The notes under the pieces were generated by a model. It saw nothing but the letters and a program-made list of their open reading frames with translations. It had not been told where the DNA came from and did no database searches. A DNA stretch of 34,080 bases. Origin: Trichinella spiralis. Lineage: Eukaryota. The stretch is from contig NW_003526940.1 in the NCBI RefSeq assembly GCF_000181795.1, forward strand, positions 504,660-538,739. Reading direction: 5' to 3'. Of this stretch, positions 12,014 to 23,203 are shown piece after piece (within the stretch, counting starts at the first letter, position 1; the number at the start of each line of letters is the position of its first letter). A program made the translations under genes and the position numbers.

Positions 12014-14104
12014 GGATGGGGGTGTCTTACGCCCATCACTGACAGTTGCCGGTTCGAGTTGGACGAGCTTCGCCACTGGCCGCGTGATCACGTTGGTCAA
12101 CGTCCGGATCCTGGCTGATCTCGCGATGCCATCGCTGCCCAAGTGCAATACCGTAATCACGCCGATCGGGCACTGGGTTCTCGGGATGCTGTCCTCTAGG
12201 ATCAGCACCAAATCGTTCACTTCTGGCCCGGCTAGGGAAGATCTCCATTTCTGTCGCTGCATCAGATCCGACAGATATTCTCGTCTCCAACTTCACCACC
12301 ATTTCGCGAGGAGCTGCTGACGGTATCGCCATCGATGACTCCATTGCGGGGGACCACGTCCTACTGGCTGCCATTCTGGGTCATGGGCTTCAACTGCCGG
12401 AAAGTCCACGTACGCACGACCGGTCAGCAACTGAAACGGCGATAAAGGGTGGCGTTCGTGGTCTTCATCCCCCACGAATGTCAGTGGTTTGAGGGAGGCT
12501 TCTACTTCACAGAGAGTTGTTCTGAGTTCTTCTTCATTAAGAAGCGCCTTTCCGAGGATCTTCCGCAACGATTCCTTGATCAAGCGGACGAGGCGCTCCC
12601 AGTAGCCTCCCATCCAATGGGCTCTCTCCGTGATGAATTTCCAGTGGATGCGGTGGCCTACCAGTTCACGCTGGACTCGGTCCAGTAGCCTCAACTCTGG
12701 CGCAGCGGCTTTGAAGGAGCGGAAATTATCCGATTGGATAATCTCCGGTCTTCCTCGCCGGGCGATGAACCGTCGGAGCGCTTGCATCACTCTGGCCGTC
12801 GTCATCTGTGGGACCAGTTCCAAGTGCACTGCCCGGGATGCCATGCACGTAAACAAGCACACATAGCACTTGGAAGTGGCTTTTTTTCAGACAGGAATGA
12901 GCAATGGCCCCGCGAAATCCATCCCAGTGTAGGCGAAAGCAGCGGCTTCGACCACTCGACTGGATGGCAAGGCCGCCATTCTCGGCTGAATCGGTCTGGC
13001 CATTGCACGCCGACAAGCAAAACAGTGCCGGATTACTTTCTTCACTTGGGTGCGCCCTTTCAACACCCAATATTGCCGTCTTAGAATTGCCAGCGTATGC
13101 GTGGTCCCAGCGTGCGGCTGCCGCGCGTGGCAGCGTCTAATCAGACCCATCGTCAGGGGGTGGTTTCCAGGCAGGATTACTGGGTGTTTCATGTGTAATG
13201 GCAACTCTGCGTTCTCCAGTATTCCACCCACCCGCAGTAATCCTTCTTCATCCACGAAAGGGTCCAGTCGACTGAGCGACTGGTCGCGACGACACGCCCC
13301 TTCCGCGACAGCGCCTGAAGTTCGGAACTGAAAGCTACCGACTTGGCCATTCGCACCCACGTGCCCTCCGCCTTCCGCAGTTCAGCCACCGTGAGTGCAC
13401 CACTCTGACGAGCTTCTGCCGGCAACCGGCAATTGCGTACGAAATGCTGACAGTACGCTGTGATACGGAAAAGCCGTTCGCGCAGCCGTACCTTTCAGGA
13501 CCAATGGAACCCACCGGCCAGGCGTTGTGTAGCTGGGCCAACCATTTCGGCCCATGCCACTACAGTGGCGACTCTAACAATTTTGGAAGCGTCGTGCCGC
13601 GGCTGAGAAGATCAGCCGGGTTCTGCCGCCCCGGGCCGTGTCTCCATGCCGCAGGTTCTACCAACTATTGGATCTCTGCGACGCAATTCCCTACGAATGG
13701 CTTCCAACGGTCGGCCGACGATTGTATCCATGCAAGAGTGACCGCACTATCACACCAGCAAGTGATGCCATGCACTTGCAGACCCAGCATTTTCTGGACG
13801 GAGCGCACCAGTCTTGCCGCCACGAGGGCCCCCATGAGCTCCAGCCTCGGGAGGGTCAATCTCCGGATTGGGGCAACCCGCGCCTTCGACGTTACGAAGT
13901 TCACCGCGGTGTGGTGGTTCGTGGTCTCAATGCGCATGTATGCCACAGCGCCATATGCCTTCTCCGACGCGTCGCAAAATGCGTGGATCTCCAAACGTGT
14001 CACTTTGCCAAGGGCCACCGGTATGAGTGCGCGTGGAAGACGGATCTTCGACAGATCCGACAGCTCTTGCTTTCAGCGCCTCCATTGCTCCAACACATCC
14101 AAGG
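12014..14104 (-). pseudogene. BEL/Pao pol remnant: RNase H, integrase and C-terminal domain
   Basis: LEIHAFCDASEKAYGAVAY..KARVAP..LTLPRLELMGA (RNase H). TGMDFAGP..FTCMASRAVHLELV..SDN..WMGGYWERLV (DDE integrase). VLILEDSIPRTQCPIGVI..GSDGIARSA (C-terminal domain). Broken by stops, frameshifts and deletions. Confidence 0.93.
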
Positions 14105-15233
14105 TGCACTTCCACCTTACTTTACAAGACTTCGCCCGATGGCCACTTTGCAGACAACGGAAACACAACTTGCTCCTTGCTGCCATGCGTGAACGCGTGT
14201 GGGCGTCTGCCTGAAGGAACTCTTCGCAAGAGGCAACATCGTGGTCACCCTTGCATATCGGGTAGCTGCTGCTAACAGCCACGTTTAGGACAGTTGTAGC
14301 GCCCCTTGCCGCCCGTTTCTCCGTTTGGCGAGATCGCTGCCGCTCTCGACAACCTGGACCGGGTTCTTACTGCTTCGGGTCGTCCTGCTTGACGAATCTT
14401 CTTCCGCCTGAAGAAGCAGCCGCTGCACGCTTCGCTGCCGCCCAGACCTGAGCGAAATTGAGAAACTCTGGCAGGTCCCCTTTCGTGCCTGAAACCGACT
14501 GCACGTGAACGTTCCATGCCAGACGAATCTCCTCAGGAAACTTTTCCGCAAGAAGCGGCAGGAAGGCTTCATTCGCTGTCATCTTGCCAGTTGACGGATT
14601 CCTTCCCAGGGCGGTCAGGCATCAGAGATGTCGATTTATCCCCTCTACCAAAGCCTGTATGATATCTCCTGAGTCGCTACACGGTTTGGCGTTCCAAATT
14701 GCCTTCACGCGTTCCCGAACGTTGACATCCGTACGTCTGAAACGTACTTGTGACAACTCCATGGCGTGTGAGTAGTTTGCACTAGAGCTTGGCATCCCTT
14801 CTACCGCAGCCAGAGCTTCACCGGATAAACTGGACAGCAGTACGAGAACTTCGATGCGTCGTCCAAATCCGTCTGATTATGGACATATCCCTAAAAGCGG
14901 TCCCAGAACGCTGGGAATTCGAGCACTTTACCCGAAAACACTGGCATCTTCGGTTCCGGGAGCCTTTCCTTTACACTTGTCTTGCTGTTACTGCGGTGGC
15001 CAAGATCGTTGGATCTAGCTGAACAATCAGACAAGGAGCCTTCCATTTGTCGAATCCTCGCTCGAGCTTCTCGGCGAGCTATCTGGGTCCGTACAGAGAG
15101 CGCCACCCAATGCTTGGCCTCTTGATCTCGCTCCTCACCCGTCAACGCCGCTTCCAACTGCAATTGCATCTCTAACGCCTTGTCATGAAACGCCATCACG
15201 TCATCAAGTAGTTCTCGGAGGTCATCGGGATGC
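14105..15233 (-). pseudogene. BEL/Pao gag remnant (main part)
   Basis: LPEPKMPVFSGKVLEFPAFWDRF is a typical BEL gag motif. Cys clusters CKGDHDVASC and CFRCLQSGHRAKSC are present. Frameshifted. Confidence 0.88.
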
Positions 15234-15238
15234 GACGC

Positions 15239-15454
15239 TGTTGGGAAAAACATTCTCCTGACCTCAAGTCTTCAGCAAGTTAGGCGGAAGCTCTAGCTCA
15301 CGATAGAGCTGCGCGTCAGAGCGTGACGCTGTGACGTCATTTCTGCATGTATATAAGAATGCGTTATCAAATTTTGCTAACAGTTTATCACTTCCGCGCA
15401 TAACTGCGTGGCACGCTGTTCATTTCGGTAGTTTATGCTTAGTAAAATTCATCA
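15239..15454 (+). repeat. Copia LTR 1
   Basis: TG..CA ends; one of four similar 216-bp copies; contains TATATAA. Confidence 0.95.
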
Positions 15455-15468
15455 GGTTATGGCCCCAG
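15455..15468 (+). promoter_or_regulatory. Copia primer-binding site (tRNA-iMet half-molecule type)
   Basis: GGTTATGGCCCCAG directly after the LTR, one mismatch from the Drosophila copia-type GGTTATGGGCCCAG. The same sequence occurs at 23880-23893. Confidence 0.8.
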
Positions 15469-15525
15469 ATACGCGTACTGTGCGCCAAGGATAAGTGAAA
15501 TTCAACTGAAACAAATCACTGGACG

Positions 15526-17937
15526 ATGAGCGGTATGGCTACTGACGGTGATCTAGGTAAGCCCGTTATTGCTAAGTTGAACAGTTCAAACTACCAGCTA
15601 TGGAAGCTGAAGATGAAAGTGCTGTTAATGAGGGACGGCTTATGGGACTTGGTAAGCCAACCGAAGCCCTGCCCCATACCAGAGGACTGGAGTCGAAAAG
15701 AGTGCAAAGCGATAGCTGCAATATGTCTCACCGTGGAGGACGACCAGCTTATCCATCTTGCGCAACTGGAAACTGCCCGGGAAATGTGGCAGACGCTACA
15801 GCGACTCCATGAACGAGCATCAATCGGCAGCAAGCTGTACTTGATGCGCAAATTGTATGGTATGCGGTTCACACATGGCACGATGAAATCTCACATAAAT
15901 GGGATATTGGAAATTGTTACACAATTACGAGGCTTAGGCAAGAATATTAAAGATGAAGACCTAGTCGCCATAATGTTGTGCAGTCTGCCAGATTCCTACT
16001 CTGCTTTGGTTACTGCATTGGAAGGAAGAGATGAAGCAGATCTAACCGTTGAATATGTAAGCGGAAAACTGCTTGATGAATACCCGCGGCGTTCAGAAAG
16101 TTGTCTTGACCAGAGAAGTAACGAAGTCGCGCTCAATACTACTGCAAGTAACGCACGAAGCCAGTTCAGAGCTTCAAAAGCAACCCTGACAAAGTCAGAC
16201 AACGAGAGCCGAAGATGCTATTACTGTGGCAAAATGAGGCACATCAAAGCAAACTGACGCAAATTGAAGCACCAACGTGAGAAAAATGAAAAGGCGAGAT
16301 ATGGGGTACACCATAATGAACTACCTCCCATCAACCAGAAAACCAACGCGATACAATATCGCACCTTTGCCACAGGAGAAAAGGCGTATAAAGGTAAAAT
16401 TGGTGATTGGTATGTGGACTTTGGAGCTACAAGCCACATGACTTGCAACAGGAACTTCTTTGAGTCATTGGAGCGGAGAAAATCAACCGTCTATCTCGCT
16501 GATAATACGGCAATCCAGGCTGAAGGTATAGGACATGGATGGCTATTCTGCGTCACGCCGGACGGTACAATTGAGGAAATCCATGTGAAGGATGTACTTT
16601 TTATCCCGTCATTGGAAACCGGACTCCTATCAGCCTAGCGTATTACCAATAATGGCTACAAAATAATGTTCCAAGATGATACGTGCTTAATTTCCTACCA
16701 AAAGGAAGTTGTCGCGGAGGCGAAACTTGATGGATCACTCTTCAAACTAAAGCAAAAACATCAAATAGACACTGCGTTGAGTGTACATACTTATGCATGC
16801 TTACACAAGTGGCACCGACTCATGGACACAGAGATCCAGAAGCTATCAGAAAATTAAACAAAGAAAAGTTGGCGAATGGTATTGAAATATGCAAATGCGA
16901 CGCTGAAAACGATTGAGAGATCTGTCTGACAGGTGAGATGACGTCAACTCCCTTCCCGAAGGTAGCTAACAGAGCTAAGAAGCAGATCGAATTAATACCC
17001 AGCGATATATGTGGTCCGATGATAACAGCCACTCCAAGCGATCATCGATACATGATGACGTTTATCGATGACTATTATCGCTTCACTGTGGTTCATCTTT
17101 TAAAGACGAAAGATGAAGCTGTGGATAGAATTAAAGACTACGTTGCCACACTACATACGAAGTTTGGGCGTAACCCCGTCACACTTCGCACTGACAATGG
17201 ACGAGAGTACGTCAACCAAAGGCTGAGAAACTTTCTTGGAGAAAAAGGAATTGAACATCAATTCTCAGCGCCATACACACCACAACAAAATGGTGTAGCT
17301 GAAAGGAAGAACCGAGCTTTGGTCGAAATGGCGAAATGCATGATGACTGATGCAAAATTGCCAAAGCGCTACTGGGGCGAACCGGTATGCACGGCAGCGT
17401 TTCTACAAAATCGGCTCCCGAGCCGAAGTATTTCGAAGACGCCATTCGAGCTCTGGACAGGAAACAAGCCCAACGTAGACCACATACGAATTTTTGGATA
17501 CAAAACATATTGTTACATACCAAAACAAAAGCGGAGAAAATGGGTCAACAAGGCAAGAGAAGGGGTGATCGTTGGTTATGGTGGCATTACAAAAGGCTAC
17601 AGGTTACTAAGCCCAACGACGAACGAAATATGGATAAGCCGTTCAGGGAAAATCATAGAGGATTATTCACACATGAAAAACGAAAGTGCAGTGCCAAAAG
17701 GAGCAATTGAACGATCACGGGAATACGACGACATTCCCAAATTACTGAAAAAAGAAGATAACGTGATCATCGAAGACATATTTGGGCCAACTCAAGAGGA
17801 ACTGTCGGGCGAAGTTGAACCCATAAAAGACGGTATAGAAGCTTCAACATTACGACGCTCTCGAAGAATCAACAAAGGGATACCACCAAAACCATTAAGC
17901 TACAATATACGCTCAACCCAAATATGCGAACCAACAT
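15526..17937 (+). pseudogene. Copia gag-protease-integrase, disrupted
   Basis: LNSSNYQLWKLKM and LCSLPDSY (gag), CYYCGK.RH knuckle, WYVDFGATSHM (protease), SDICGPM / LRTDNGREY / QQNGVAERKNR (integrase). In-frame stops at 16255, 16636 and ~16914, plus a frameshift. Confidence 0.95.
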
Positions 17938-17951
17938 GGTGAGATTGGAAG

Positions 17952-18322
17952 TGTAACGGGCCGCTGATTCGAGCAGGCTCATACGCCTCTTCCACGAGGT
18001 TATTGGCGCGTCCATCACTATTTGGCGATGGGCAGGTAATGACCGGCGCATTTCCCTTCCTTTCTGTTTCGCGCTTTCCTGATGGCATTGCGACAATAAA
18101 ACAACAAACGATGAGTATATACTTTATTAAGCAATCAGAGACAAGGATCTACGACGATGTAACCACGAACATACCTCTGGCAACAAGCCAACACTGATGT
18201 AAACAACCACTACCGTACTCCGCCTCTGATCTTCATGTCTTATTCTTCATACCGTAGCTTCAGTTCTCTTCGCCTTCATTTTCTGCAGAAAAATCACATT
18301 AGCTCGGTCCGTTTCCGCTGCA
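17952..18322. mobile_element. 371-bp solo LTR of an unrelated family
   Basis: Begins TGTAACGG and ends CCGCTGCA (imperfect terminal inverted repeat). Flanked by GAAG/GAGG. Removing it restores the Copia sequence TTGGAAGACTACGG seen in copy 2. Confidence 0.8.
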
Positions 18323-18352
18323 GAGGACTACGGACAGGAGAACGAGAAGGGG

Positions 18353-18568
18353 TGTTGGGAGAAACATTCTCCTGACATCTAGTCTTCAGCAAGTAAGACG
18401 GAAGCTCTAGCTCACGATTGAGCTGCGCGTCAGAGCGTGACGCTGTGAAGTCATTCCCGCATGTGTGTAAGAATGCGTTATCAAATTTTACTTACACATT
18501 ATCACTTCCGCGCATTACTGCGTAGCACGCTGTTCACTTTGGTAGTTTATGCTTAGAAAAATTCATCA
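18353..18568 (+). repeat. Copia LTR 2
   Basis: 216-bp TG..CA copy preceded by the purine tract GAGAAGGGG. Confidence 0.95.
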
Positions 18569-18680
18569 AAAACAAAATTGTTACAACTTTAAACCAAAGG
18601 TAAAAATAAAATTGTTTAAAGTTTAAACAAAAGGTAAAAAAATTGTTTAAACTTTAAAACCAAGCTTTAAAACAAAATAT
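18569..18680. repeat. AT-rich ~33-bp tandem repeat, left part
   Basis: Units resemble AAAATTGTTTAAACTTTAAACAAAAGGTAAAAAC. The array continues in phase after the Gypsy element. Confidence 0.9.
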
Positions 18681-18918
18681 TGTAGCGCCGTCAGGCGCTC
18701 GATTCATCCGCACCATTTATTGTGTAGAGATTTTATTATAAAACAACGGGATACAAGAAATTATACAAAATAGCTATATTACAAGTGTTCAACCAACCGG
18801 GACGCGCACGCCGTATCTCTGCCGCCGATGCACCACCTTGATCTATTTATTTTCGCGCCGGTCGCCCTACAAAAGGGTGAACGTGATACGCAGGTGCAAT
18901 TTCGTCGTCGCCGTCACA
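18681..18918 (-). repeat. Gypsy 3' LTR
   Basis: TG..CA ends; preceded on the minus strand by the PPT AGAGGGGGGCAG; AATAAA near the minus-strand end. Confidence 0.95.
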
Positions 18919-19019
18919 CTGCCCCCCTCTATCAGAGAAGTTCGTCCCGAACTTTACTTAAGGGATGTAATCCCGCAGGTAGCCAGGTGGCCGCCGTCTT
19001 CGCGTCGACCTTCCTATCT

Positions 19020-20384
19020 TCATCTCTGACGAGGGTGGAGAGGCGGTTGATGTGCCTGCCACCGGGTAGTCCCGCCTCGAACGGACCGGTCTCCTACGTC
19101 TGGCTGCTCAGTGATATCCCTGGCGTAGTACCGCTTCATCCGGTCGGAGTGTACCACGAGCGTGCGGCGCTTCCGCTCATGGTGCCGTACGCGGTACGTC
19201 TGCGGCCCCATTACCTCCACTACGTGGTACGGCCCTTCCCAGCCACGGTCAAGCTTCCCTCTTCTTGGCATCGCCAGCCACACGCGGTCGTTCGGGCAGA
19301 AGCGTGACTCCTTGGCGTGGCGATCGTGCAGGCACTTTTGGCGACGTTGCTGCGTCTTCAGGTGGTCCCTCGCCAGCTCGTGCACACGGTCGATACGCTC
19401 TCGGGTCCCGCGGATGTAGTCCGGTAGCCCTTGGGCTTCGCGCCCAGGCGGGTTCCCTATCTGAACATCCAGCGGCAACCGCAACTCTCGACCGAGCATG
19501 GCGATCGCAGGCGTCACTCCCGTACTCTCGTGAACGCTGCTGTTGTACGCCAGCATGACGAATGGCAGCATGTCATCCCACTGGCCTGGGTTCCCATCAA
19601 CCATGATGGACAGCATGTCCAGGAGCGTGCGGTTAAACCTCTCTGCCTGTCCATTCCCTTGCGGGTGGTATGGAGAGGACCGCGTCTTCTTAATGCCGAA
19701 CAGCCGGCACATCTCCAGCACCACCGACGCCTCAAATGAGCGGCCTTGGTCGCTGTGCAGGTAGTCAGGGGCGCCAAAGTACGTGATGTACTTCTCGACC
19801 AACACCTTGGCCACGGTACTGGCTTCCATGTTGGCGAGAGGGAATGCGGCTGTCCATTTGGTAAAGTAGTCCGTCAGGACCAGGACGTACCGGTTCCCCG
19901 ATGGGGTCTTTTCCAGCGGCCCAAGAATGTCCATGCCAACACGCTGCAGAGGGTATCCCGCAGCCATGGCCTGCATTGGCGCACGGTTGTTCTTGGTCGG
20001 GCCCTTCCTCCTCGCGCACTGCGTGCACGTGCGGCACCATGTGTGTACGTCACCACTCATCCCGGGCCAGTAGAATCGGCTCCTGACTCGTGCCAGCGTC
20101 CGGCGCTCACCCAGGTGACCTGCGTACCGACTGTCGTGCATTGTCTGTAGGACTTCGTTTCGGAGGGCTCGCGGCACCAGCGCCTGCTTAGCCCCTTCCT
20201 CGGCCGTGAGTCCGCGGCGATGTCGCCAGATGAGGCCATCTTCATCCACCCAACTGCGCCGTTGCTGCCACAGCACGTGCATGTCGCGGCTACACTCCGG
20301 GGGACATTCCACCGGCCAGCTCGCGCCAACCAACCATTGCCGCAGTAGTTGGATCTCTGGGTCCGCCTGCTGGGCGGCCAGCAA
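19020..20384 (-). CDS. Gypsy integrase segment (in frame with upstream pol across a TAG)
   Basis: HDSRYAGHLG..CRTCTQC zinc finger, MDILGP, HSDQG, PQGNGQAERFN, WEGPY (GPY/F module). No chromodomain or env evident. Confidence 0.92.
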   Translation of the reverse strand: MLAAQQADPEIQLLRQWLVGASWPVECPPECSRDMHVLWQQRRSWVDEDGLIWRHRRGLTAEEGAKQALVPRALRNEVLQTMHDSRYAGHLGERRTLARVRSRFYWPGMSGDVHTWCRTCTQCARRKGPTKNNRAPMQAMAAGYPLQRVGMDILGPLEKTPSGNRYVLVLTDYFTKWTAAFPLANMEASTVAKVLVEKYITYFGAPDYLHSDQGRSFEASVVLEMCRLFGIKKTRSSPYHPQGNGQAERFNRTLLDMLSIMVDGNPGQWDDMLPFVMLAYNSSVHESTGVTPAIAMLGRELRLPLDVQIGNPPGREAQGLPDYIRGTRERIDRVHELARDHLKTQQRRQKCLHDRHAKESRFCPNDRVWLAMPRRGKLDRGWEGPYHVVEVMGPQTYRVRHHERKRRTLVVHSDRMKRYYARDITEQPDVGDRSVRGGTTRWQAHQPPLHPRQR

Positions 20385-22757
20385 CTAACCTTTAAAGTTC
20401 TGCGGAACGTCTTCGGTTCGGAGTTGGGCAGCCTGGACTGCGCATGCGCTGCCTTCTACCAGCCGTCCACATTGTGTACAGCTGGTCCGGGATAGCGCGT
20501 CGGCGTTGCCGTGCAGGCGTCCTGCTCGGTGTTCCACTTCGAAGTCGAGCTCCGCTAGATTCTCCAGCCACCGAGCTACCTGCCCTTCTGGTTCCTTAAA
20601 AGTCGTCAGCCAGCGCAGGCAACTATGGTCCGTCCGTACCAGGAATCGCTGGCCGTAAAGGTACGGCCGGAACTCGCGCAGCGCCCATACCAAACCGAGC
20701 ATTTCTCTCCGAGTCGCGCAATACCGACGCTCAGCCTTGGTCAGCGTACGACTCGCGTACGCCACGACTATTTCGGCTTTCTCTTCTCTTTGGCTCAGCA
20801 CCGCCCCAAGGCCGTCTCCGCTGGCGTCCACGTCGACAATGAACTGCCGATGGAAGTCCGGATAGGCGAGGACGGGCGCAGATGTAAGGTGGTACTTCAG
20901 TGCGTCAAAAGCGGACTGACAGGCTTTTGACCAGTCCCACTCGGCCCCTTTTTCCAACAGCCGGTGTAGCGAAGCGGCGACGTTCGCAAAGCCGTTGACG
21001 AACTTGCGGTAGTACGACGCCAATCCCAGGAACTGCCGCAACTCTGACACACAAGTCGGTGTCGGCCACTCCCGCACGGCAGAGGTTTTGCTTGGGTCCG
21101 TAGCGATCCCTTTTTCCGAAATGATGTGGCCCAAGTACGCCACCCTCCTCTTCATGAGCCGGCATTTCTCTGGTTTGACCTTCAAACCCACTTCCCGGAG
21201 GCGGCGGAACACCTCGCGCAGTCGTGCCGTATGCTCTTCGGCGGTCTTGCCAAATACGATGACATCGTCCAGGTACACCAAGCAGTCGGAGCCCACCAGG
21301 CCTCTCAGAGCTGTCTCCATGAGCCTCTGAAAGGTGGCCGGTGCGTTGCACAGTCCAAAGAGCATCACTTTGAACTGGTACAGCCCAAGGGGGGTGGTGA
21401 AGGCCGTTTTCTCCCGATCTTGTGGTTCGACCTCAACCTGCCAGTAGCCGCTTGCCAGGTCCAGGGTCGAGAACCATTGTGCACCCGCCAGCGCATCCAA
21501 AGTGTCGTCGATCCTCGGGAGCGGGTGGGCATCCTTCCGGGTGAGGTTGTTCAACTGCCGGTAATCGACACAGAACCGGCATGACCCGTCTTTCTTCCTC
21601 ACAAGTACGATAGGGGATGCCCAGGGACTGCTTGATGGTTCTACGACGTCTCGCCGCAGCATTTCGTCTAGGAGGGCTTCCACCTGCGCCCGTTGATGAT
21701 AAGGAATGCGCCTTGGGGAGAACCTCACTGGTTTGGCGTCGTCGGTGTGGATGGCGTGGCGTACCACGCTCGTCCGCCCAAGGTCCTCGTCTGACGTGGA
21801 CAACACGTCTGCGAACTCCTTCAGGATCGCCGCCAGGGCTGATCGATGCTTGCCGCTCGACTCCTGCTCACTGGGGAGCATCTTTTCCATGGCTTCCTGC
21901 GCTGGTTGGTGAGCCATTAGCTCCGCCTGCGGGGATTCCACTCTAACCAGGCCCACGGCGTGGGACTTCCGGAATGGGATGTTACCCTGCCGCATTCTCA
22001 GACATCCCGCCGTTGGGTCCGGGGTGCAGCCGTGGTACCGCATAAAGTCCCACCCAAGCAAAATTTTATGGGACAGCTCCCTTACACACAGGACGGTATG
22101 CTGAACGGTCACTGATTTCCCAAGTATAATCTCCGTGACGCACGCGTTCGTAATTTCCAACTCGGTCCCGCTGGCTGTTTCCAGCCGAATCGAGGGTTTC
22201 GGAACGTCCCGCAGGGTCTTCGAGTGTCGCATGAACCTTTCATCCGCCAGGGTTACTGCGGATCCAGTGTCCACGAGCATGTCGCACCTCACTCCCTCCA
22301 CGGAGCCTTCCACATTCGGGGTCTCGATCTCAGGGGCCCGTATGACGACGACAGGTAAGGTTCGGTTAGTAATACTTACTTCGCTCGCCCGCGCGTCACG
22401 CGAGGAAGCTTGGCATTCCCGGCTGATGTGGCCTAGCCCACCGCATTTCCAGCATCGTCTGCCGCCTCTTCTCTCTGGCCGGCGTCGCTGTCGAGGGAGC
22501 GGTCTCTTTGTAGCCGCGGGGGTGTTATCCGTCAGCAGTTCCTTTAGTTGCCGCAACACTTCCGCCAAATCGTCTCCAACTTCCTTACGCGTCGTCACCG
22601 CGGCGGCTGCTGCTTCCGTGACTCTTCCAGCTGTCGGCTCGTATTCCTGGTAAGCATCTATCTTGACAGAAGAGACGCTCGCCTTGAGCGTGGTGAGCTC
22701 TCTCACCACGCGCTCTTCCTTAACCGCAACCTCGACTGCCTCCGCGAAATTATCCAT
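20385..22757 (-). CDS. Gypsy gag C-terminus, protease, reverse transcriptase and RNase H
   Basis: CWKCGGLGHISREC knuckle, LVDTGS, RFCVDYRQLN, LDLASGYWQ, YLDD, VDASG, TDH, NADALSR. Confidence 0.95.
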   Translation of the reverse strand: MDNFAEAVEVAVKEERVVRELTTLKASVSSVKIDAYQEYEPTAGRVTEAAAAAVTTRKEVGDDLAEVLRQLKELLTDNTPAATKRPLPRQRRRPERRGGRRCWKCGGLGHISRECQASSRDARASEVSITNRTLPVVVIRAPEIETPNVEGSVEGVRCDMLVDTGSAVTLADERFMRHSKTLRDVPKPSIRLETASGTELEITNACVTEIILGKSVTVQHTVLCVRELSHKILLGWDFMRYHGCTPDPTAGCLRMRQGNIPFRKSHAVGLVRVESPQAELMAHQPAQEAMEKMLPSEQESSGKHRSALAAILKEFADVLSTSDEDLGRTSVVRHAIHTDDAKPVRFSPRRIPYHQRAQVEALLDEMLRRDVVEPSSSPWASPIVLVRKKDGSCRFCVDYRQLNNLTRKDAHPLPRIDDTLDALAGAQWFSTLDLASGYWQVEVEPQDREKTAFTTPLGLYQFKVMLFGLCNAPATFQRLMETALRGLVGSDCLVYLDDVIVFGKTAEEHTARLREVFRRLREVGLKVKPEKCRLMKRRVAYLGHIISEKGIATDPSKTSAVREWPTPTCVSELRQFLGLASYYRKFVNGFANVAASLHRLLEKGAEWDWSKACQSAFDALKYHLTSAPVLAYPDFHRQFIVDVDASGDGLGAVLSQREEKAEIVVAYASRTLTKAERRYCATRREMLGLVWALREFRPYLYGQRFLVRTDHSCLRWLTTFKEPEGQVARWLENLAELDFEVEHRAGRLHGNADALSRTSCTQCGRLVEGSACAVQAAQLRTEDVPQNFKG

Positions 22758-22805
22758 CTCGCTTCGCAGAACAGCCGTTTTGACGGCGTCCGCGGACAGT
22801 CCTGC

Positions 22806-23200
22806 CTAAAATTGTTGCAACAGGATTTTGTCAGCCGATCCGCTCATCTCAGGGAACGCCTTCGAGAAGAGCCTGCGCAAATGAACAGCGAACACCCGCA
22901 CGCATTCGCCCCGTTGTTGTTTCCGCCGGAAAAACTCGGCGGAAAACCTCTCTGGCTCGGTGCGCACCCCGAATGCTACAAACAGGGCCGACTTCAGGCC
23001 ATCATAATCGTCCGTCTCTTGGACGTCCATGGCCCTCATCATGCTCCGCACCTCCACATCAGTATGATACTGGACAAGGGCTGCTCGTCTCTCCGGAGCT
23101 ATACGGCCGGCACGGAAGTACAGCTCCATGTGTTCGAACCAGGTCTCAACGTTCGATACCATGGTTAGTACCTCCGGCGGCTTAACCCATTCCGGGAGGT
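22806..23200 (-). CDS. Gypsy gag N-terminal segment (in frame with downstream ORF across a TAG)
   Basis: VETWFEHMELYF..FFRRKQQRGECVRVFAVHLRRL resembles a retrotransposon gag. It ends 48 nt (16 sense codons) before the next ORF in the same frame. The true start is uncertain. Confidence 0.8.
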
Positions 23201-23203
23201 CGA

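Larger units (their letters stand above)
15239..18568 (+). mobile_element. Ty1/Copia LTR retrotransposon copy 1 (RT and RNase H deleted, solo-LTR insertion)
   Basis: 216-bp LTRs TGTTG..CATCA at 15239-15454 and 18353-18568. PBS at 15455. Domain order gag-PR-INT. Purine tract before the 3' LTR. Left flank GACGC, right flank AAAAC. Confidence 0.95.

Noticed and set aside
12084..23168. Many long antisense or alternate-frame ORFs (e.g. 13444..14214, 22135..22653, 22548..23168)
   Set aside because: Shadow ORFs of GC-rich retroelement coding sequence with no recognisable domains.
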